Position numbers and translations under genes: made by a program. A stretch of DNA of 63,318 nucleotides, the filler included, from an uncultured virus (IMG/VR IMGVR_UViG_2061766007_002030) (Duplodnaviria > Heunggongvirae > Uroviricota > Caudoviricetes). It is 5 parts of one record of this genome, joined end to end, with 100 filler letters (N's around TTAATTAATTAA, not from the genome) between each part and the next. Parts side by side here need not be neighbours in the genome. Positions count along the whole stretch, not along the records: positions 51,307 to 63,318 come from IMGVR_UViG_2061766007_002030; 4 more parts are not named here. One strand, written 5' to 3'. The notes below the pieces were generated by a model. It saw only the letters and a program-made list of their open reading frames with translations. It made no database searches and was not told the origin of the DNA. Of this stretch, positions 56,623 to 63,318 are shown one piece after another. The stretch's first letter is position 1. The number at the start of each line of letters is the position of its first letter.

Positions 56623-57462
56623 ATGGCTATCAAGAAACTGAACCTTGAGCTTCTCAAGAAGCTCTCTAACTCTTTTGCGTCCTTCCACTATGACGCTGAT
56701 GTGGCATGTGTGCAGAAGGCTCGTGTTCCTACTCTGTCCAAGAAGGAACGCGAAGAAGACCACTTGACCGAAGCTGACCTTCAGCAGCGTATCGCCACTT
56801 TCAATGCCAATATGGCGAAGGCTGACGTCACTCCGCTTGCCAAGGGCACGCCTAACCCATTCAAGGTCGTCCACAAGACTAGCGACTATGTTGTGACATT
56901 GGGTGCCAAGCTCAGCTATGTCCGCAAGAACGAGGCCATTATGAAGCGTGGCGGCGTAGAAGGGAAGTATACCAAGTCCCAAAAGAATAGGGGTATGTTC
57001 CCAGTCTATTCCGAACTTATCTATGTGAGCGATGATTTGACCACAATGTATTTTGTGGCATATCGAGCTGGCGTTCCTAAGACGGTTTGGACTGCTGACG
57101 GCAAGAATGTCAAGAAAGAAGAAGTTTGCCAAATCATCAAGGACACAAAAGTTTTTAATAATCTTTGTGGTCTGAAGACTGCATATACGCTCGCTGACAA
57201 AGACGGCTATGAAATTATTCAGAAAAACGAAGATGGCTCTGACAAGATTGGCAAGGACGGCAAGCCTATGACTATGGAAGCGGCACCGTATATCAATGTA
57301 AAAATTGAAAATGCGGTAGTTACTATCAAGGGCAATCCGATTAAATTCACTACCGACGAGGATTGGGATTTGGCTGACCTTGCAAGGCGTCGTGATAATT
57401 ATTACGCAAACCTTGCCAAGCTCGCTGAAGCCCAAGCAGCCAAGGAAGCCGAAACCAAATAA
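56623..57462 (+). CDS. Hypothetical protein
   Basis: AAGGAG RBS; intact ORF. Confidence 0.75.
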   Translation: MAIKKLNLELLKKLSNSFASFHYDADVACVQKARVPTLSKKEREEDHLTEADLQQRIATFNANMAKADVTPLAKGTPNPFKVVHKTSDYVVTLGAKLSYVRKNEAIMKRGGVEGKYTKSQKNRGMFPVYSELIYVSDDLTTMYFVAYRAGVPKTVWTADGKNVKKEEVCQIIKDTKVFNNLCGLKTAYTLADKDGYEIIQKNEDGSDKIGKDGKPMTMEAAPYINVKIENAVVTIKGNPIKFTTDEDWDLADLARRRDNYYANLAKLAEAQAAKEAETK

Positions 57463-57670
57463 AATTCGCCCCCAATTGGGGGCATAACCTTTTATCACTT
57501 CGGTGGTAAAAAGTTATGCTCCGTAGTGGTGGACGGACGGCGGAGTGCCTTACCCCAGGTGCTCCGCCTTTTTTATTTGTCCCCAGGATCCGGCGACTGG
57601 CACAGTTGATACGGGACTGCATAAAATGATTTTCAATTTCTATGTTAAACCTTCAACCGGAGAATCAAAA

Positions 57671-57997
57671 ATGCGTAAAACTTTCTTAACAATTATTGCC
57701 CTTTCTGCGTTCGCTTTGGCAAATGATTTACCAATTTGCGAGGAATTTGAGGGCGAGCAAAATATATCTTGCGTAGCTGGCGAAAATACCGCCGTTATAA
57801 TTAGTTATCATAGCGACGGCGGTCGTAGCTATGAATTTTACAAGAATGACCGCAAAATCTATATGGAAACTAATCAAACATATGTTTTTGCGAGTGATGG
57901 ACGCCGTAAAATTGAATTAGATTCTATTCCGTCTATGGACAAAACGGCGTATCTTGATGAACTATTTTTTGGGCTTATTGAGTCCATAGACTTCTAG
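57671..57997 (+). CDS. Secreted hypothetical protein
   Basis: GGAG RBS; signal-peptide-like MRKTFLTIIALSAFALA; terminator AGGGCGTAAGCCCT followed by a T run. Confidence 0.65.
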   Translation: MRKTFLTIIALSAFALANDLPICEEFEGEQNISCVAGENTAVIISYHSDGGRSYEFYKNDRKIYMETNQTYVFASDGRRKIELDSIPSMDKTAYLDELFFGLIESIDF

Positions 57998-58127
57998 GGC
58001 GTAAGCCCTTTTTTTGTGCCGCCTACGGCGACGGACTGACAGAACGCATACGGGGCTGCCTATGCGTGTTATACTAACTATGTAAGCCGATGGGGCTTAA
58101 GAAACTTCACCACAAAGGAGATTTGCT

Positions 58128-59111
58128 ATGTATAAAAAAACAAAAAAGACCCACAATGAAGTCGCTGCTGAAATCCAAGCTACGATTACAGACAAGTTCC
58201 TTGCTTGCCTTGACAAGGGCGTAGTCCCTTGGAAGGAACAGTGGAATAAGACTGAAAGTGGCTTCTTGTCGAGCACTGGCAAGGGGTATAGCTTTATGAA
58301 CGCCCTTCTGCTCGCTATGGAAGGCTGCACCGAAGGTGAGTTCGTCACGCAGAACGGCATTGCCGAACGCTTGGGCGTGAGCTATAAGGACGCCTACAAA
58401 GCCATCAAGGTTGACGCCAACGGTCAGAAGTTCAAGGGTCACTATGTCTACTTCTATACGGTGGCACCTATCTATCAGAAGGAAAACGGACAAGTCGTCT
58501 ACGAAAAGGATAGCAATGGCAAGCCGTTGCTTGACGCCAAGGGCAAGAAGATACCGAAGATTATCGGAAAGTATCCGCTGCTGAAGGGGTTCAAGGTATG
58601 GCAAGTCGGCACCGAAGTGGATTGTCCGACCAAGTTCGAAAAGAAAAAGATTGAACGCAACAATAACCCTATTGCTGCTGCGGAAAAAATCATCGTTGAT
58701 TACCAAGCACGCGAAGGAATTAAAATTGAGTTCAGCAATGTCACGCCAGGTTACTCCGAATCGTTGGATAGAGTGAGAATTCCGCAAATAAATTCTTATA
58801 ACTCTTCCGAAGCCTATTATTGTGACTTGTTTCACGAATTGGGTCATAGCACTGGACACGAAAAAAGATTAAAGCGAGTGCTCGCCAATCGTATGGAACG
58901 CCAATCATATTCTTTTGAAGAATTGGTCGCTGAAATCTGTTCTTGCTCCATTATGCATGACCAAGGCTTTGATACGCCTACTTGTGACGAACAGAGCGAA
59001 TCTTATGTCAAGGGTTGGGCACGAGCACTCCGTTCGGATAAGAATATGGTTGAAAAAGCTTGCCGTATGGCTTTCCACGCTGCAAAATATATCTATACGA
59101 GCGAAAAATAA
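58128..59111 (+). CDS. ardC: ArdC-like antirestriction / ssDNA-binding protein with a zincin domain
   Basis: GVVPWKEQW, TGKGYSFMN; FHELGHSTGH, YSFEELVAE, SESYVKGW. Confidence 0.88.
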   Translation: MYKKTKKTHNEVAAEIQATITDKFLACLDKGVVPWKEQWNKTESGFLSSTGKGYSFMNALLLAMEGCTEGEFVTQNGIAERLGVSYKDAYKAIKVDANGQKFKGHYVYFYTVAPIYQKENGQVVYEKDSNGKPLLDAKGKKIPKIIGKYPLLKGFKVWQVGTEVDCPTKFEKKKIERNNNPIAAAEKIIVDYQAREGIKIEFSNVTPGYSESLDRVRIPQINSYNSSEAYYCDLFHELGHSTGHEKRLKRVLANRMERQSYSFEELVAEICSCSIMHDQGFDTPTCDEQSESYVKGWARALRSDKNMVEKACRMAFHAAKYIYTSEK

Positions 59112-59162
59112 AGTAAAGGGCGTAAGCCCTTTACTTTTTCACCATTAACAAAGGAATTTACT

Positions 59163-59327
59163 ATGGAAGGAATCAGCATTAAACTTATTCTTATTGCCAT
59201 AGCGGCATTGCTTACCACTGTAAAGGTTTTCAGCGGTGCGAAGCCGTTGCCGACGGTGGTCGGCTTCTGTGGCGTGTTCGTAATATATCTTTTGGTGGTC
59301 AATACCATCATTGACAAAATCAATTAA
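59163..59327 (+). CDS. Small two-TM membrane protein
   Basis: AAGGA RBS; hydrophobic; variant end at 60045-60102. Confidence 0.5.
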   Translation: MEGISIKLILIAIAALLTTVKVFSGAKPLPTVVGFCGVFVIYLLVVNTIIDKIN

Positions 59328-59425
59328 GTTTTTACTGACGGACAGTCTACGGGGCTGCTCCGTCGGTCTATTCTTACTATGTAAGCCGAACGGCTTATGA
59401 GTTTTAACCTTTTCAAGGAGTTAAT

Positions 59426-59845
59426 ATGAAAGAACTTCAATCTGTAGGAATTAACGAATTCATTTTCGATATGAAAAAAGAATACGCTTATGCCCACAAG
59501 ACTCACCTTGCAGTGAGCGAGTTCGACGAGAGCGTCATCAATTTGGCGTGGCGTTGTCGTAAGACGACGCATTATAACGGCGCAGATAATGCGCTTGTGT
59601 TCGGCGAGCTTCACGCCCTTACGGCGACGGCGAACCTTGCAGTAGTCTATGAAATGAATCAGAATACAGACCTTACCGATGATGTTATTCTGTCTATCGT
59701 GATTTATGACGGCACGAATCGCATTAAGTTGCGTTCCTACAGCGCTCCGAGCGATGGCGCTGTCATCAATTTAATGAGCTGTTTGCACGAGCAAGCGAAG
59801 GCTATCGTGCAAGCTGTCAATGATATGAGCGTGTTCCACGCTTAA
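59426..59845 (+). CDS. Hypothetical protein
   Basis: Tripartite motif and AAGGAG RBS; terminator at 59857-59887. Confidence 0.7.
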   Translation: MKELQSVGINEFIFDMKKEYAYAHKTHLAVSEFDESVINLAWRCRKTTHYNGADNALVFGELHALTATANLAVVYEMNQNTDLTDDVILSIVIYDGTNRIKLRSYSAPSDGAVINLMSCLHEQAKAIVQAVNDMSVFHA

Positions 59846-60169
59846 CAAACACTCTAGGGGACGGCTGAGTGGTCGTCCCCTTTTTTCACCCAACAAAAGG
59901 AGAATTCAAAATGAATAGAATCGTAGCACTTTCCGCCGTCATCACCCTATCAGCCATTATGTTTATGGGTTGCGATGACAAAGTAAAACAGAACGGCGAA
60001 GCGATGACCGCAGCCACAAAAGAATTCGTAAAGTNNNNNNNNNNCGGTGTGTTCGTCATCTATCTTTTGATTGTGAACACATTGCTGTCAAAGATTCACT
60101 AACAATCAACCTAGGGAGCGGCTAGGCGGTCGCTCCCTTTTTCACACTCAACCAAAAAGGAAAATAAAA

Positions 60170-60454
60170 ATGAATCGAATCGTAGCACTTGCCGCAGTCA
60201 TCACCCTTTCAGCAATTATGTTCATGGGTTGCGACGAAAAAACAAAACAGAACGGCGAAGCGATGACCGCAGCCACAAAAGAATTCGTAAAGTCGGCGTT
60301 GGATAATGCAGCGGACACGGCGAAGCAGAAGGCTTCTGAAGCAGCGGACGCAGCCAAAGAAAAAGCTTCTGAAGCAGCCGCAGCCGTTAAGCAGACCGCC
60401 AAAGAAAAAGCCGTTGAAGCTGCCGAGGCGGTGGCGAAGGAATTAAAAGAATGA
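60170..60454 (+). CDS. Ala/Lys-rich lipoprotein (variant start at 59911)
   Basis: Lipobox-like FMGC after a hydrophobic signal. Confidence 0.65.
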   Translation: MNRIVALAAVITLSAIMFMGCDEKTKQNGEAMTAATKEFVKSALDNAADTAKQKASEAADAAKEKASEAAAAVKQTAKEKAVEAAEAVAKELKE

Positions 60455-61067
60455 AAATACATAATGTCATAGCCATGGCGATAGTGTTCGCCGTNNNNNN
60501 NNNNNNNNNNNNNNNNNNNNNNNNNNNNNNNNNNNNNNNNNNNNNNNNNNNNNNNNNNNNNNNNNNNNNNNNNNNNNNNNNNNNNNNNNNNNNNNNNNNN
60601 NNNNNNNNNNNNNNNNNNNNNNNNNNNNNNNNNNNNNNNNNNNNNNNNNNNNNNNNNNNNNNNNNNNNNNNNNNNNNNNNNNNNNNNNNNNNNNNNNNNN
60701 NNNNNNNNNNNNNNNNNNNNNNNNNNNNNNNNNNNNNNNNNNNNNNNNNNNNNNNNNNNNNNNCAAGCTACCGCCTATCCGAACCCCACGGATGTGGTCA
60801 TCGTCAACGGCTCCAACGGACGCCCCAAGCCCATCGTGCTTGATGACACCGACTCTNNNNNNNNNNTTCGCTTGAGCATTGACAGTCGCTCTCCGACTCC
60901 AGGCTTTCCGCCTAAGAACGAGATGACCGCCGACGNNNNNNNNNNGCCGCTTGAGCATTGACTCTCGCTCTCCGACTCCAGGCTTTCCGCCTAAGAACGA
61001 GATGACCGCCGACGNNNNNNNNNNGAACGCTCTTCTTTTCCCTTTACCCATAACCAAGGAGATTAAA

Positions 61068-61244
61068 ATGTTAAAGGTCTGGAAAGAAGTTAAGATGGTC
61101 TGTGCCCTCGCTGGGTTCAAGTATCTAGGTCGTGACGACTTCGCCTTCGCAAAGAGGCTGTTCAAGGCTGGCAAGTCGCCTCGTGAAATCGCTAACCGAG
61201 TTCTGAACTCTATCTATGGTCTGGATAAGGTCTATGACTGCTAG
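61068..61244 (+). CDS. Small hypothetical protein (variant copy 61820..61996)
   Basis: AAGGAG RBS; MLKVWKEVK in both copies; GGGGCGCAAGCCCC terminator. Confidence 0.6.
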   Translation: MLKVWKEVKMVCALAGFKYLGRDDFAFAKRLFKAGKSPREIANRVLNSIYGLDKVYDC

Positions 61245-62431
61245 GGGCGCAAGCCCCTTTTTTTATTTATCCGCTTGACAAATTCCCAGGATCATGCGAT
61301 AATATATCCAGGGACTGGCAGCCTCGTGACGGGACTGCCCTCGACAGGTATTGTAGCTATGTAACAAGTTCCACCTAACAAAAGGAGAATGACCTATGTC
61401 AAGAAGAGAATACACGAGCGACGACTACACGCTNNNNNNNNNNCTTTCCGTTCCGTCCCAAGATGTTCTGCGTCAGCGTGCTGAACGAAACTACCAATAA
61501 GCAGTGCAAGTTTATGGTAGGCGTCAATACCGAAGTGAGTGCTATGGGTCAGATGAAATCTGTATCCGTCGGCACGAATCGCTTGAGCATTGACTCTCGC
61601 TCGCCGACTCCAGGCTTTCCGCCTAAGAACGAGATGACCGCCGACGAAGTCAATGCTGAATTTGACGCAATGTGCGACGCTATCGCCGCCGACTTCAAGA
61701 AGAGNNNNNNNNNNAAGTCAAGGCTGAATTTGACGCAATGTGCGACGCTATCGCCGCCGACTTCAAGAAGAGCGTGTAAACGCTCTTCTTTTCCCTTAAC
61801 CCATAACCAAGGAGATGACATGTTAAAGGTCTGGAAAGAAGTCAAGATGGTCTGTGCCCTTGCTGGCTTCAAGTATCTTGGGCGAGATGACTTCGCCTTT
61901 GCAAAGAAGCTGTTCAAGGCTGGCAAGAAACCTAGAGAGATAGCCAATAGGGTTCTTGACTCTATCTATGGGCTAGACAAAAGCTATGACTGCTAGGAGG
62001 AATTTATGACTAACTTTGAACAGTATCTGAAAGAACAGCATGGCATGACCATCAGCGAATATCAAGCGCTGGACAATGACACGAGACTTGGGTTTCTCCG
62101 TGGTCATCAGATGTTCAATATGCTTGAACTCCTTGATAGTGTCAGACACCGTTAAGAAGGGGCGCAAGCCCCTTTTTTTATTTATCCACTTGACAAATCC
62201 CCAGGATCATGCGATAATATATCCAAGGACTGGCAGCCTCGTGACGGGACTGCCCTCGACAGGTATTGTATCTATGTAACAAGTTCCACCNNNNNNNNNN
62301 ATTTATCCGCTTGACAAATCCCCAGGATCATGCGATAATATATCCAGGGACTGGCAGCCTAGTGACGGGACTGCCCTCGACAGGTATTGTATCTATGTAA
62401 CAAGTTCCACCAATCAAACGGAGAATGACCT

Positions 62432-62998
62432 ATGTCAAGAAGAGAATACACGAGCGACGACTACACGCTGTATCTGCGATTCGTCGAAGCGTTTGACGCC
62501 AAAGCCAAGCTGGTAAGCACAGAGTGTGACGGTGACAGCGACGGCTATGTCGATATCACGTTCAACGACGAGCTGCTGGAACGCTACCAGCCCTACGGCA
62601 CGGTCGAGGAGGTTAAGGCTGCCCTCGCAGACTTGTCCTATGTGCTGGGCGAGTATGAGTGTGCTGAAATCGGCACGGTCAAGGTAAGAGGCTGGTATGA
62701 ACCGCCTACCATCTGCTGGTCTGACCCCAGCTGCTCCGACCCAGGCGACGGCGAGTCTACGGCGACGATTGACCTCGTGTCCGCTGACGACCTCTATGAC
62801 GTCATCAAGGCGACGCTGGAGAACGCTGTCATCGAANNNNNNNNNNGACGACCTCTATGACGTTATCAAGGCGACGCTGGAGAACGCTGTCATCGAAGCC
62901 TTTGAGGCGAATAACAAAGCCCACGAGAAGTATAATAGGGAACAGCCTCAAAGCGTTGAGTATATGCTGGCGAAGTATCTTGAGGGCGTAGAAGATGA
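62432..62998 (+). CDS. Acidic hypothetical protein (gapped)
   Basis: Tripartite motif and GGAG RBS upstream. Confidence 0.65.
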
Positions 62999-63318
62999 NN
63001 NNNNNNNNNNNNNNNNNNNNNNNNNNNNNNNNNNNNNNNNNNNNNNNNNNNNNNNNNNNNNNNNNNNNNNNNNNNNNNNNNNNNNNNNNNNNNNNNNNNN
63101 NNNNNNNNNNNNNNNNNNNNNNNNNNNNNNNNNNNNNNNNNNNNNNNNNNNNNNNNNNNNNNNNNNGTTATTTTGATTATGTAAGAAGTTCCACTCAACG
63201 AAAGGAGTTAGATATGGAAATTTCTGTTGTATCTCGTTCGGATATGTCTCACCGTATCCTTGAAAGCGTCCACCTTGACAAGACCGAAGCCGAAGCGGCT
63301 CGCCAGGGTATCATTAAG

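Noticed and set aside
56500..62410. Repeated motif as a CRISPR array
   Set aside because: Copies are hundreds of bases apart, separated by whole genes and internally variable; no cas genes
1..63318. Stop-codon reassignment, as in some large phages
   Set aside because: Conserved enzymes read through intact in the standard code; TAA, TAG and TGA all end genes; no suppressor tRNA seen

Overview
The window looks like part of a large (jumbo-type) dsDNA bacteriophage genome from a heterogeneous metagenome assembly. It consists of five scaffolds joined by artificial N-TTAATTAATTAA-N linkers. Dozens of 10-N gaps are flanked by overlapping, slightly divergent copies of the same sequence (co-assembled strain variants), so many genes are split, duplicated or out of order. 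Recognisable content: a tRNA cluster (Thr, two Glu variants, Ser) enclosing a ~350-nt highly structured non-coding segment; an NDT-like/metallophosphoesterase fusion; a C5 DNA methyltransferase; an ABC-type ATPase; a RuvC-like resolvase; a vWA protein; a DHH phosphoesterase; a sigma70-family factor; Thg1; an amidase; UDP-galactopyranose mutase; a pncB-nadD/Nudix-pncA NAD salvage operon; a CCA-adding enzyme; LemA; a flotillin; ClpP; a ParB-like protein; a GIY-YIG endonuclease; and ArdC. Most notable: (1) a 352-bp IscB-type omegaRNA (HEARO) element with no nuclease gene, whose 5' flank matches the co-assembled empty allele for 19 nt up to an ATGA motif; (2) a deamidating phage NAD+ salvage operon that differs from the described NARP1/NARP2; (3) three distinct upstream motif classes, including a fixed-spacing tripartite motif in the ArdC region; (4) an ornate candidate ncRNA between tRNAs. 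All calls come from reading motifs by eye; no searches were run.
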